Part shown: positions 40,435 through 50,144 of the stretch, piece after piece
How the letters are laid out: each line of letters opens with the position of its first letter
How positions within the stretch are numbered: the stretch's first letter is position 1
From: an uncultured delta proteobacterium
GTDB lineage: Bacteria; Desulfobacterota; RBG-13-43-22
Reading direction: 5' to 3'
DNA length: 64,000 bases
Assembly (NCBI GenBank): GCA_963711835.1
Contig: CAVQFQ010000004.1
Span: forward strand, 192,001-256,000
Notes under the pieces: generated by a model
Database searches by the model: none
Told to the model about the DNA's origin: nothing
What the model saw: only the letters and a program-made list of their open reading frames with translations
Translations under genes and position numbers: made by a program

Positions 40435-41337
40435 TTATCCTCTGGGATGGGCCTTTCGATAGACTTCAAGCAAGCGGCCCATGCTGATATGGGTATATTT
40501 CTGAGTAGTCGAAAGGCTTTTATGGCCTAAACATTCCTGGACGATACGCAGGTCGGCCCCGGCATTGAGCATATGGGTCGCGAAACTATGCCGCAGGGCA
40601 TGGGGGCTGATAGCCGGCGAAAGCCGGACCTCCCGGACCCGTCCTTTGAGACGCCGGGCCACCCCGCGGTCGCTGAGCCGCCGGCCCAGACGATTCAGAA
40701 AAACCGCCTCAGGATCCCTGATTCGAAATCCGGCCCCTTCCCGGGCCTTTTGCAGGGCCGCCTGGTAGAGCCTAAGGGCGGCTACCGCCTTCTTGCCGGC
40801 CGGGACCATCCGTTCCCGCCCCCCTTTGCCGCTGACCCGCAACAGGCCCAGAGAGAGATCGATATGCTCCCAATTCAGGGCGGTCAATTCACTCAACCGT
40901 ATGCCTGAGGCATAAAATAATTCCAGGATGGCCTGGTCCCGCTGTTCCAGGAAAGCGTCCTTGATCGGATCCCTTAAAAGGGTTTCGGCTTCCTTCTCGG
41001 AAAGAAAAGGGGGAATGGTCTTCTCCGCCTTCGGGGTCCGCACCCGGATCAGGGGATTCTCCTCCAGCCACCCTTTTTTCTGGGCAAATTTAAAACAGGA
41101 GCGGATGGAGGCCATCTTTCTGGCTACGGTAGTTTTCTTGTTCATTTTATGCAGGTGGCCGAAAAAACCTCTCAAGAGGGAGGCCTCTATTTGCTCCGCT
41201 TCCTCAACACCCTGGGCTTTTAGATAACCGTCCCATTCCCTCAAATCGCGCCCGTAACTGCGCAGGGTATGCGCCGAGAGCCGCTGTTCGATCTCCCCCT
41301 CTCTCAGAAAGGCCTCAATGATGATCTGGATATTCAT
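40435..41337 (-). CDS. xerC: Tyrosine recombinase XerC-like
   Basis: [32 protein letters not shown]; conserved xerC-hslV-hslU order. Confidence 0.9.
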   Translation of the reverse strand: MNIQIIIEAFLREGEIEQRLSAHTLRSYGRDLREWDGYLKAQGVEEAEQIEASLLRGFFGHLHKMNKKTTVARKMASIRSCFKFAQKKGWLEENPLIRVRTPKAEKTIPPFLSEKEAETLLRDPIKDAFLEQRDQAILELFYASGIRLSELTALNWEHIDLSLGLLRVSGKGGRERMVPAGKKAVAALRLYQAALQKAREGAGFRIRDPEAVFLNRLGRRLSDRGVARRLKGRVREVRLSPAISPHALRHSFATHMLNAGADLRIVQECLGHKSLSTTQKYTHISMGRLLEVYRKAHPRG

Positions 41338-41492
41338 AATAATTTAATATTATTGACAAAAAAAGTTAAAAATATCATACCTGCGCTTAAAAGTCCATAA
41401 AATAATGGACCTTTAGTGAGATAAGAACTTGACTTCGATTGACTAATTAAGGTATGTAATCCATCAGTTGGTCCACTGGGAAAGGAAGAGGC

Positions 41493-43574
41493 ATGGATAA
41501 GAACCTTGACAAGACAAGAACCATAGGCCTGGTAGCCCACAGCGGGGCCGGGAAGACTTCCCTGGGAGAAGCCCTCCTGTATACCGCCAAAGCCACCGAC
41601 CGCTTAGGCCGGGTGGATGACAACACCTCCGTCCTGGATTTTGAAGCCGAGGAATTAAAACGCCATCTGACTATTAATACCTCCTTCCACCATTATGAAT
41701 GGAAAAAACATAAGGTGTTTTTGGCCGATACGCCGGGAGATGAAAACTTCATCGCCGACACCTTCGCTTCACTCCAGGTCCTGGATGGTCTGGTCATCGT
41801 GGTGGATGCCGTGGACGGGGTCAAGGTCCAGACCGAACGTATCTGGCAGGCGGCCGAATCGCTTCGGATCCCCTGTCTGATCGTCGTCAATAAATTGGAC
41901 CGGGAACGGGCTGATTTTCAAAAAACCCTGGACTCAATCGTGAACCTCCTGGCGACCAGGCCCGTACCTTTGACCCTGCCGCTCGGTCAGGGAGAGACGT
42001 TTAGAGGGGTGGTCTCCCTGCTGCACAACAAGGCCTTCGAGTATGCCAATGCCCAGGGGGAGGGGAAAGAAGTTCCGATTCCCCTGGAAATGGCCGACGA
42101 AGTCCAGTTGCAGCGCGAAAAATTAATAGAATTCCTGGCCGAAGGCGATGATGCTTTGATTGAAAAATACCTGGACGGCCAGGAACTCACCCCGGAAGAA
42201 CTGGCCCTGGGATTGCGGAAAGGGGTCTTAAAACGCCTTTTTACTCCGGTCTTCTGCACCTCGGCCCTCAAGAGTATCGGGATCGATCTCCTGTTGAATG
42301 CCATTAATGCCGCCTTGCCTTCCCCGCTGGATCGGGGTCCCAAAATGGGGCAGGATCCTAAAACAAAGCAGGAAAAGATCAAGGAGCCTTCCCTGGAAAC
42401 CCCTTTTTCCGCCCTGGCCTTTAAAACCATCGCCGACCCCTATGCCGGCCGGTTGACCATCTTCAGGGTTTTTTCCGGAGAAATCACCCCCGATTCCGGG
42501 TTTTATAACGTCAACAAAGGGACCAAGGAACGTTTCGGCCAGCTTTTCCTTCTGGAAGGAAAAACCCAGAAACCGATTTCGCTGGGGATCCCGGGAAACA
42601 TCCTGGCCGTGGCCAAACTCAAGGAAACGGTCACCGGCGACAGCCTGACCGATGAAAAAGATCCCGTCATTTTCCCTTTTAATCCTCCTCCCCTGAGGGT
42701 CATCTCTTATGCCATCGAAGCCAAAAACAAAGGCGAAGAGGACAAGGTCTTTTCCTCCCTGAGCCGTCTCATGGAAGAGGATCCGACCTTAAGGCTGGAC
42801 CGAGATTCCCAGACCAAAGAGATCATTCTTTCCGGGATGGGCCAGGTTCACCTGGAAACGACCGTAGAAAAGGTAAAGCGGAAATTCGGCGTGGAAGTCA
42901 ACCTCAAGGCCCCCAAGATCCCCTACCTGGAAACCCTCCGGCAATCGGCCAAAGGCATCGTCTATCGCCACAAAAAACAGACCGGCGGCCGCGGCCAATT
43001 TGCCGAAGTGCATTTTGATATCTTTCCTCTGGAACGGGGCAAGGGCTATGAATTCCAGGACGCCCTGGTCGGGATGAATGTGCCCCGGAATTTTGTTCCG
43101 GCCGTGGAAAAAGGGGTGGCCGAGGCCATGCAGCATGGGGTCTTGGCCGGATATCCGGTGGTGGATTTTAAAATCCGCTTCTATGATGGAAAATCCCACG
43201 AGGTCGATTCTTCAGAAATGGCCTTTAAAATAGCGGCTTCCATGGCCTTTAAAAAAGCCGTCCAGCAAGCCCAGCCCATCATGTTGGAACCCCTGGTCAA
43301 GGTCACGGTCACGGTCCCGGATGAAAACATGGGCGATGTCATCGGGGATTTAAACAGCCGTCGCGGGAAAGTTCTGGGGGTGGAGTCCAAAGGGAATTAT
43401 CAGGTTATCCAGGCCCAGGCCCCTATGTCTGAAGTGGCCAAATACGCCCCGGACCTGACCGCCATGACCGGAGGGCGGGGCTCTTTCCAGGCCGAATTCT
43501 CCCATTATGAAGAGATCCCCGCCTATATGAGCGAAAAGGTGATCCAGGAGGCCAAGGCCGCCCAGGAGGAGTAA
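41493..43574 (+). CDS. fusA: Elongation factor G paralogue (EF-G II/FusA2-like)
   Basis: AHSGAGKT, DTPG, NKLDR, HKKQTGGRGQF, HEVDSS; divergent G1 motif and not in the str operon. Confidence 0.9.
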   Translation: MDKNLDKTRTIGLVAHSGAGKTSLGEALLYTAKATDRLGRVDDNTSVLDFEAEELKRHLTINTSFHHYEWKKHKVFLADTPGDENFIADTFASLQVLDGLVIVVDAVDGVKVQTERIWQAAESLRIPCLIVVNKLDRERADFQKTLDSIVNLLATRPVPLTLPLGQGETFRGVVSLLHNKAFEYANAQGEGKEVPIPLEMADEVQLQREKLIEFLAEGDDALIEKYLDGQELTPEELALGLRKGVLKRLFTPVFCTSALKSIGIDLLLNAINAALPSPLDRGPKMGQDPKTKQEKIKEPSLETPFSALAFKTIADPYAGRLTIFRVFSGEITPDSGFYNVNKGTKERFGQLFLLEGKTQKPISLGIPGNILAVAKLKETVTGDSLTDEKDPVIFPFNPPPLRVISYAIEAKNKGEEDKVFSSLSRLMEEDPTLRLDRDSQTKEIILSGMGQVHLETTVEKVKRKFGVEVNLKAPKIPYLETLRQSAKGIVYRHKKQTGGRGQFAEVHFDIFPLERGKGYEFQDALVGMNVPRNFVPAVEKGVAEAMQHGVLAGYPVVDFKIRFYDGKSHEVDSSEMAFKIAASMAFKKAVQQAQPIMLEPLVKVTVTVPDENMGDVIGDLNSRRGKVLGVESKGNYQVIQAQAPMSEVAKYAPDLTAMTGGRGSFQAEFSHYEEIPAYMSEKVIQEAKAAQEE

Positions 43575-43580
43575 CTCAAA

Positions 43581-43692
43581 AGCCGATACTGGATACTGGA
43601 TTAAGAGCCGATACTGGATACTGGATAAAAACAAAAAGCAAGGCCTTATCCAGCATCCAGTATCCAGCATCCAGTATCAAGTATCCAGCATC
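43581..43692. repeat. Two inverted heptamer arrays, (GATACTG)n and (CAGYATC)n
   Basis: AGCCGATACTGGATACTGGAT occurs twice (43581, 43606), then six CAGYATC-type units at 43651-43692 that are its reverse complement. Confidence 0.85.
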
Positions 43693-43696
43693 TACC

Positions 43697-44185
43697 ATGA
43701 TCCAAACCGGTATTCTTACCATCAGCGACAAAGGCTCTCAGGGACTCCGCCGGGATCGAGGGGGGCCTGCCCTTAAAGCCCTGCTCCCCCCCGACCTCTA
43801 CCAGGTTCAGATGGCGAGCGTCGTTCCCGATGAGATCGCTTCTATTGTGGAGGTCCTGGTCGCCTGGACGGATCAAAGGCATCTGGACTTGATCCTGACC
43901 ACCGGCGGTACCGGTTTAAGTCCCAGAGACATTACCCCTGAAGCCACGGAGCGCATCTTAGAGAGGGAAATCCCCGGAATGGCCGAGGCCATGCGGCAGG
44001 AAGGCCTTAAATACACCCCCCTGGCCCAGCTCTCCCGGGCCAAGGCCGGACAGAGAGGCAACACCCTGATTATCAATCTTCCCGGCAGCCTTAAGGCCAT
44101 CCAGGAGATGCTGCCGGTAGTGCTGCCGGTTATCCCTCATGCCTTGGAGAAGATTAAGGGGTCTCAGGAGGATTGCGGGGTATAA
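43697..44185 (+). CDS. mog: Molybdopterin adenylyltransferase MogA/MoaB family
   Basis: TISD, VPDE, TTGGTG..RDITPEA, INLPGS. Confidence 0.9.
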   Translation: MIQTGILTISDKGSQGLRRDRGGPALKALLPPDLYQVQMASVVPDEIASIVEVLVAWTDQRHLDLILTTGGTGLSPRDITPEATERILEREIPGMAEAMRQEGLKYTPLAQLSRAKAGQRGNTLIINLPGSLKAIQEMLPVVLPVIPHALEKIKGSQEDCGV

Positions 44186-44648
44186 CCCCCCATTCTTCCA
44201 GGGTTCGGATCATATTGCGGACATGGGTCCCGGCCCAATAAAACCTTTTGCACCCGGGGCACCAATTAAATCGAGGCTGGGTTTGTAACACATAGGGCGG
44301 GATTTCCGGCCAAAGCCGAAAAACCTCTTCCGGGGTCAGCGGACTCAGCAGGCTGTTACAGCCCAAACAGCGTGTAAACATCCGAGTCCGATCCGGTTCA
44401 ATCCCCAGGATGGAAAAAAATTCCTTGAGCAGTTCTTCCCGGTTGGAAGCAGAAAGGGTCAGGACTTCCGCCCCCTGAAGGGCCAGGGGATAACGGGACC
44501 ATTGGACCACCCGGTCCACAGCCAGGCCGGATTTTTCGGTTCCGGTCAGGAGCCGCACATCCATTCCCAGGACCCGCAGCCACTGGACCAGAAAAGCCAG
44601 ATGCGGGGCTATCCAGAAAGGCCCCTCTAAGGATCGCTCCCGGGCCAT
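44154..44648 (-). CDS. Mut7-C RNase-domain-like protein (degenerate PIN plus Zn ribbon)
   Basis: LVQWLRVLGMD, FTRCLGCN, CPGCKRFYWAGTH. Confidence 0.75.
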   Translation of the reverse strand: MARERSLEGPFWIAPHLAFLVQWLRVLGMDVRLLTGTEKSGLAVDRVVQWSRYPLALQGAEVLTLSASNREELLKEFFSILGIEPDRTRMFTRCLGCNSLLSPLTPEEVFRLWPEIPPYVLQTQPRFNWCPGCKRFYWAGTHVRNMIRTLEEWGVIPRNPPETP

Positions 44649-45446
44649 GTCAAAAATTCTTCACCCAGGTCGGGGCGGACAATCAAACTCTCAAAACGTA
44701 GCCGTCATCTCCCTTTCCCCTGTTCCATCTTCCAACTCTATTTGAAAAGGAACCGGATTCCCCGCCAGATTGGAAAAATCGGAAAAGGTGATTAGGACCT
44801 CCTCCCCCGATCGGGGATCCTGGATCCGCGTCCGGGCAATCAGAAAGGGACGGGCTTCAACCCAGATATCCTGCCTCTGCTCTCCCCGGAGGCTGATCTT
44901 GATCAGTCTTCGGCCTTTTTCAGATACCGCCGCCGTCTCCCGGGCCTGAAAAGGGATCAAGGGGACGCGCCCCCAGAGAATTTTCAGGACCTCCGGCCAT
45001 TGCCGATCCGACAGAGGGCCGAACGGCCCGGCCGCCATCCGGCCGAAAGGGATCTCCTTTTTTTCTGAAATGGAAAACAGGCGCAGGCGCCCTTGAGAGG
45101 AAAAAAGGTAAAGTAGGGGCCTGCCGAAGGGATCATTCAATTCCAGGCGCAGGGCCTCCGGTCCACGGGCCAGAAGCCGGAAGCCCAGGCGGTACCGCTC
45201 ACCCGGGGCTTTAAGGATCAGGAAGCCCGCTCCTTCCCGGCCGGTCGGTTCAGCGGCCTGATTGGCCTGCTCCGAGAGGAACTGCGGATCGTCGCTCTCC
45301 CGGTTTGTCGGGGCGCGAGAGGATTCCGCCTGGGACAGCGCCCCGCTGGAGCAGGCCGGATTTGGAAAAAGCTGCGGGCCTAATAACAACCCGAAGCAGC
45401 AGAGCTTAATACAGGTTCGGATAATCTCCAATCGCTTTTTCTTCAT
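44628..45446 (-). CDS. LolA/LolB-fold (DUF4292-like) envelope protein, probable +1 frameshift near 44702
   Basis: LRLELNDPFGRPL and beta-rich body; removing one G from ACGGCTA extends the ORF to ...LRFESLIVRPDLGEEFLTWPGSDP*; follows a TPR gene, as lolB does in other Proteobacteria. Confidence 0.55.
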
Positions 45447-47262
45447 CGACCTTTTGCTGCGCCTCTTTGATCTTTTTAAGGACGGCCTCTTTATCTTTAT
45501 TGGGCGGTATCAGTTCCAACACGCGCCGGTAGGTCTTCAAGGCCTTTTCCCAATTGTTTTTTTTCCCAAAGGCATCCCCCAAATGTTCTCCAACGACCGG
45601 GTCGTTGGGAGCCAGTTTCCAGGCCTTTTCCAATTCAATCAGGGCTTCATCGTATTTTTTCTTTTTAAAATAAACCCAGCCCAGACTGTCCAGAATAAAA
45701 CCGTCATTAGGACGAAATTTTAAGGCCCGTTTGATCAAAGTCTCGGCCTCATCGAGGTTACTCCCCCTTTCGGCGTAGGTGTAGCCCAAGTAGTTCAAGG
45801 CCTGCACATGAAAAGGGTCCTTCTTGACGGCCGTCTTTAATTGGGTGAGGCTTTCTTTTTTCTGGCCCATCTTGTCCAGGAGGGCCCCCAGCCTGAAATA
45901 CAGTTCGGCCAGGTCGGGATCCATTTCGATCCCTTCCAGAAGGATCTTCTTGCTTTCCTGTAAATGGTTATCCTGCTCGTAAAGCGAGGCCAGCGCCAGA
46001 TATAATTCGATCTTTTTAGGCATCATCATCAAGGCGCTCTGCAGCAATTGGATGGCCTCTTTGATCTTTTTTTCTTTCTCGAGGATATAGGACTGCAAGA
46101 TCAGGGATTGGGGATAATAATCCGAAGGGCGGGAGATAGACTGTAAAAGCTCTTCGGCCTTTCCATACTGCCGCTGTTCGATCCAGGTATTGGCTAAAAA
46201 ATATTTGACCCGGTCCTCCGCCGGTCTTTCCGCCAGCAATTCACTGAATTCGGAGGCGGCCTGGTCAAACCGTTTATTCTCCAGATAAATGATCCCGATA
46301 CGAAACCGGGTATCAAAATCCCGGCCGGCATTTTTCTTCAGGGCTTGAAGGAGTTCATGGCCCGCTTCGAACCTGCCCTGCTTCAGATATTGGTCGCCGG
46401 CCTTTTCCTGGGCCTCCAGATTCCCGGGATTGATCTGGAGGACCTTCTGGTAAATGGTTAGGGCCTGCTTGGGCTGCTCGGTGATATCAAAGAGGGTTCC
46501 CAAGCCTAAGTAGGCATTTTCATGATTGGGGTTGATCTTGATGGTCTCCTGGAAATGGTGCCGGGCCCGATCGTATTGCTTCAGATCCTGATGGATTTTA
46601 GCCAGGAAATAATGTCCTTTTTCAGAATTGGGATTGACGGTAACGAGCTTCTGAAATTGCTCCAGGCCCTGGGTCGTCTTCTTCAGTTGAAGATACAATA
46701 CCCCCAGGTTAAAGAGTATTTCCTCGTCCAGGGGATTAAGGGCGGCTAATTTCTGATAGGCCTCCAGGGCTCCTTCCCATCGGCCCTGGGAAATAAGAAT
46801 CTCGGCCAGCAGGAAATAGCCGTCCTGGAATTTGGGATCCAATTCCAGGGCCCGCCGGACATGCTCCAGGGCCTCGGGGATTTGTTGGGTCTTGATATAA
46901 AGACGGGCCAGGCTGAATTCCAGACCGGGGGAATCCGGCTTCAGGGCCAGGGCCTTTTGAACCTCCTCCAGGGCCTGGCCCTCCTGGTCATTTTCGGCGT
47001 AGAGATTTCCCAAAATGAAATGATAGTAGGCCCGGGCCTGTTTGTCCTCGGATCGCGGCAGGGTCAAGGTTCCTTCTGAAAAGGGCTTCAGGTCCTCACC
47101 CCGGATCCGGGAAACGCTACCCTGGCAACCCGCCAGGCTGAGGCCCGCCAGAATAAAAAGAAGGATTCCGAAGAAGCAATGGAAGGACGGGAAATTCTTT
47201 TCAGTTAGGGAAAGGAAGGAACCCCGCCGCCCTGCTTCCCGAGCGGATCTATCGGCTCTCAT
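45406..47262 (-). CDS. Multi-TPR lipoprotein
   Basis: Lipobox LAGC; many TPR units; ALNYLGY..AE..DSLGW..EHLGD C-terminal motif. Confidence 0.9.
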   Translation of the reverse strand: MRADRSAREAGRRGSFLSLTEKNFPSFHCFFGILLFILAGLSLAGCQGSVSRIRGEDLKPFSEGTLTLPRSEDKQARAYYHFILGNLYAENDQEGQALEEVQKALALKPDSPGLEFSLARLYIKTQQIPEALEHVRRALELDPKFQDGYFLLAEILISQGRWEGALEAYQKLAALNPLDEEILFNLGVLYLQLKKTTQGLEQFQKLVTVNPNSEKGHYFLAKIHQDLKQYDRARHHFQETIKINPNHENAYLGLGTLFDITEQPKQALTIYQKVLQINPGNLEAQEKAGDQYLKQGRFEAGHELLQALKKNAGRDFDTRFRIGIIYLENKRFDQAASEFSELLAERPAEDRVKYFLANTWIEQRQYGKAEELLQSISRPSDYYPQSLILQSYILEKEKKIKEAIQLLQSALMMMPKKIELYLALASLYEQDNHLQESKKILLEGIEMDPDLAELYFRLGALLDKMGQKKESLTQLKTAVKKDPFHVQALNYLGYTYAERGSNLDEAETLIKRALKFRPNDGFILDSLGWVYFKKKKYDEALIELEKAWKLAPNDPVVGEHLGDAFGKKNNWEKALKTYRRVLELIPPNKDKEAVLKKIKEAQQKVDEEKAIGDYPNLY

Positions 47263-48196
47263 AAAGATAATCGGCTTTCAGGTCCGGCAATTCCTTCTCC
47301 AGGTAGGCCTTGACTTTAGTCAAGAGCTTTTCTTCCAGTTGCCGGATCCGTTCCCGCGAGACCCCGAAATGATCCCCCAATTCCTGAAGGGTCAAGGGGT
47401 CTTCGGTCAGGATCCTTTTGTTGAAAATCTCTTTTTCCCGGGGAGTTAATTCTTTCTGAAAAGAGTCCAACTTGGATTTCAGGATTTCACCCAGCTCCTG
47501 CCGGCTCAAGAGGGCTTCGGGAGACGGCTCCTTGTCGGGCAAAAAGGCTTTATGATCCTCGCTGGAGTTCTCGCTGATGGGGGCGTCCAGGGAAAGTTCC
47601 CATTCTCCCAAGCGCTGGTCCATCTCGATTACCTCCCGTTCGGTCACCGAAAACTTTTCCGAGAGCAGTTTCGGAGCCGGATCGATGCCCATGGCCAGCA
47701 AGCGGCCCTTCTCCTTTTTAAGATTATAAAAAAGTTTCCGCTGGGCCTGGGTGGTCCCGATTTTAACCAGCTTCCAGTTGTCCATAATGAACTTGAGGAT
47801 ATAGGCCTTGATCCAGAAAGAAGCATAGTAGGAAAGCTTGATGCCCCGGAAGGGATCGAACTTTTTAATGGCCTGCATCAGCCCGATATTCCCTTCCTGG
47901 ATGAGATCCAGCAGGTTCTGCATCCAGTAGCGTTGAAAGTCCATGGCGATTTTTACCACCAGACGCAGATTGGAGGTGATTAATTTATAGGCCAGTTCGG
48001 TATCCTGGGTTTTATGATACTGGAACAGGAGCTCTTTTTCCTCTTGGGGAGTAAGGAGGGGGTAACGGTTGATCTCGGTCAGATACCGTTGCAGAGGATC
48101 ATAGGGGATTACCTGGGCCTTCGGATCTTTCGTCTCCGGCGGTCCCTCTTCCTCAATCGTTGACGGCCCTGGCTCTACGGGAATGGAGGATTTCAT
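47249..48196 (-). CDS. rpoH: RNA polymerase sigma factor, RpoH/sigma32-like
   Basis: DLIQEGNIGL, FWIKAYI, RpoH box VKIGTTQAQRKLFYNL, SRERIRQLE. Confidence 0.88.
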   Translation of the reverse strand: MKSSIPVEPGPSTIEEEGPPETKDPKAQVIPYDPLQRYLTEINRYPLLTPQEEKELLFQYHKTQDTELAYKLITSNLRLVVKIAMDFQRYWMQNLLDLIQEGNIGLMQAIKKFDPFRGIKLSYYASFWIKAYILKFIMDNWKLVKIGTTQAQRKLFYNLKKEKGRLLAMGIDPAPKLLSEKFSVTEREVIEMDQRLGEWELSLDAPISENSSEDHKAFLPDKEPSPEALLSRQELGEILKSKLDSFQKELTPREKEIFNKRILTEDPLTLQELGDHFGVSRERIRQLEEKLLTKVKAYLEKELPDLKADYLYESR

Positions 48197-48205
48197 CTCC
48201 CGGGG

Positions 48206-48652
48206 TTAATCCAAAAAATCCCTGTCGTAGATGGATTCCAAACGATATTTGTGTTGGGCCTCTTGCTCGGCCAAAAAGGCGAATAATTTTTTATGCTCCG
48301 GAACTTCGGCTTTGATTTCCCAGGCCCGATAAAATTTGAGCGATTTCTCTTCGTTCTTCATGGCCAGAATCATCACATCTTGGTATTTCATCTCCTTTTG
48401 GAAGGTAAGGTCCATCATATAATCACTGATTTTCAGGTCCGGAACAGCTCCCCCGGATTCCGGGACAGAAGCCGCGTCGCGGAATGCTTCCAGGAGCCGC
48501 TGGTGCTTTTCCTCTTCCTGAACCATCTCCATAAAAAGGGCCGGGATCCCTGCATATTGGGAAAGGGCCGAGGCGGCCCGGTAAAAGGCCTGGGCGTCCT
48601 TTTCTTTATCAATGGCAAACCGAATGATTTCTTTAAATGAACTTAGGGACAT
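48206..48652 (-). CDS. Ferritin-like/rubrerythrin-family protein
   Basis: Paired E..Y / EEEKH and NEEKS..Y / QEAQH diiron motifs. Confidence 0.85.
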   Translation of the reverse strand: MSLSSFKEIIRFAIDKEKDAQAFYRAASALSQYAGIPALFMEMVQEEEKHQRLLEAFRDAASVPESGGAVPDLKISDYMMDLTFQKEMKYQDVMILAMKNEEKSLKFYRAWEIKAEVPEHKKLFAFLAEQEAQHKYRLESIYDRDFLD

Positions 48653-48686
48653 AGCAACCTCGCAGCGAATAAGTTATCCAAATTTT

Positions 48687-48715
48687 AATGTACTTAGCGC
48701 TGTCTTTGATGTCAA
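48687..48715 (-). promoter_or_regulatory. sigma70 promoter for the ferritin-like/rpoH operon
   Basis: Minus strand TTGACA, 17 bp, TACATT. Confidence 0.65.
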
Positions 48716-48745
48716 GGAATAAAAAAATGGAAGGGTCGGGTTCGA

Positions 48746-50029
48746 CTATTCCCAGACCCGTTTATCCTCAATCTTCTTGGCCCCTTTGGGTAACGACCCT
48801 TTGGGCAGGAACTGCACTTCTCCCCGGATACGCAGGATTTCCTGCAGGGTTTTTTTAACCTCTTCCAGCAGCTTCCTGGGATCGGGGCAGATTTCCGACA
48901 ACTCCGCCCGCAGGGTCATCCTGTCCTGGTGCCCTTCCCGGGTCACCACCACCTGACAGGCGCAGATCTCCGGGAACTTCTGGACCACCAGATCCACCAA
49001 ACCGGGATGGATGAACATCCCCTTGACCTTGGTAACCTGGTCCACCCGGCCTACAATCTTGATCAGTCGGGGGGAAGTCCGGCCGCAGGGGCAGGGTTCA
49101 TCACTAAAGTAGGACAAATCCCCGCTCCCAAAGCGGATCAGGGGATAAACTTTATTGAAACAGGTGCCGACCACTTCCCCGACTTCTCCGGGTCCTAATT
49201 GCCGGCCGGTATGGGGATCCACGATCTCAACAATGCAGTCATCCGGAAAATGCATCCCGTTTTTCTCGATGCACTCGAAACCCAGGCAGCCGACATCGGC
49301 GGTGCCGTAACTCTGCCGGATAATAAGGCCCGCTTCCGCTTCCAGGCTGTCCCGCAGGGATTCGGGAAGCATCTCGGCGGCCACAAAAGCCACCTTGAGG
49401 GCCAGGTCTTTTTTAGGATTAAAGCCCATTTCCTTGGCCTTCTGAACGGCCGCAAACAGGAAACTCGGGGTCCCCAGGAAGCCGGTCACTTTCAAATCCT
49501 TCAGGATTTGAACCTGAAGTTCCGTGTTGCCCACCCCGGTCGGGATGGTTCGGCAGCCCAGCATGGTCAAGGAGGAATCCAGCATAAAAGCAAAAGGCAC
49601 CATATGAAAGTTAAAGGTGATCTGGCAGATATCACCGGCTCGAAAGCCGCCGGCATAAAGGCCCTGGGCCCAGCGGGGGTCGTCATAGACCATCTCTCCC
49701 GGTTCATAGATGGGTCCGGGGGAGACAAAGAGGCGCCGCAACTCTTCGGGAGGAACCCCGTTAAATCCCCCGAAGGGGGGGCTTTTTTTCTGCATGCCGA
49801 CCAGATCGGCCTTCTCCGTAATGGCCAGTTTCTCAAGGTCCCTGACGGTCTTGAGGTCGGCCGGCTTGACCTTGGCCCGTTCTAACTTTTTCCGGATGGC
49901 CGGGGCCTTCTCATAGGCATAAGCGACGATCTGTCTTAATTTCTTGTTTTGAAACTGGCGGCGTTCCGAAGCCGTCATAGTTTCCTGCTTGGAAAAATAA
50001 CCGGAGTAGCGATCCTTTTTGGTTACCAT
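48746..50029 (-). CDS. Phenylacetate-CoA ligase-like AMP-binding protein
   Basis: FVSPGPIYEP, GTPS, QSYGTAD, IRFGSGD, GRVDQ..KVKG. Confidence 0.85.
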   Translation of the reverse strand: MVTKKDRYSGYFSKQETMTASERRQFQNKKLRQIVAYAYEKAPAIRKKLERAKVKPADLKTVRDLEKLAITEKADLVGMQKKSPPFGGFNGVPPEELRRLFVSPGPIYEPGEMVYDDPRWAQGLYAGGFRAGDICQITFNFHMVPFAFMLDSSLTMLGCRTIPTGVGNTELQVQILKDLKVTGFLGTPSFLFAAVQKAKEMGFNPKKDLALKVAFVAAEMLPESLRDSLEAEAGLIIRQSYGTADVGCLGFECIEKNGMHFPDDCIVEIVDPHTGRQLGPGEVGEVVGTCFNKVYPLIRFGSGDLSYFSDEPCPCGRTSPRLIKIVGRVDQVTKVKGMFIHPGLVDLVVQKFPEICACQVVVTREGHQDRMTLRAELSEICPDPRKLLEEVKKTLQEILRIRGEVQFLPKGSLPKGAKKIEDKRVWE

Positions 50030-50088
50030 GGTTCCTCCATTAGATTCTTGAACATTACCGTCTTAAAGGTGACCTCTAACTTTCCAAT

Positions 50089-50122
50089 AAAAAAAAGGGG
50101 CCAGCTTGGAAAGTCTGGCCCC
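50089..50122 (-). terminator. Rho-independent terminator
   Basis: Minus strand GGGGCCAG-loop-CTGGCCCC followed by T8. Confidence 0.8.
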
Positions 50123-50144
50123 TATGGTTGGAGATTAAATCATC

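Noticed and set aside
40435-41337. Tyrosine recombinase as an integrase or as the invertase of the IR cassettes
   Set aside because: It sits in the conserved housekeeping xerC-hslV-hslU context, and the 33-bp IRs do not resemble dif or an 11-6-11 Xer site. No evidence links them.
43581-43692. CRISPR array
   Set aside because: The units are 7-mers with no unique spacers of regular length, and there are no cas genes in the window.
48691-48705. CIRCE-like TTAGCGC upstream of the rpoH operon
   Set aside because: It is only a partial half-site, with no second GAGTGCTAA arm at 9-bp spacing.
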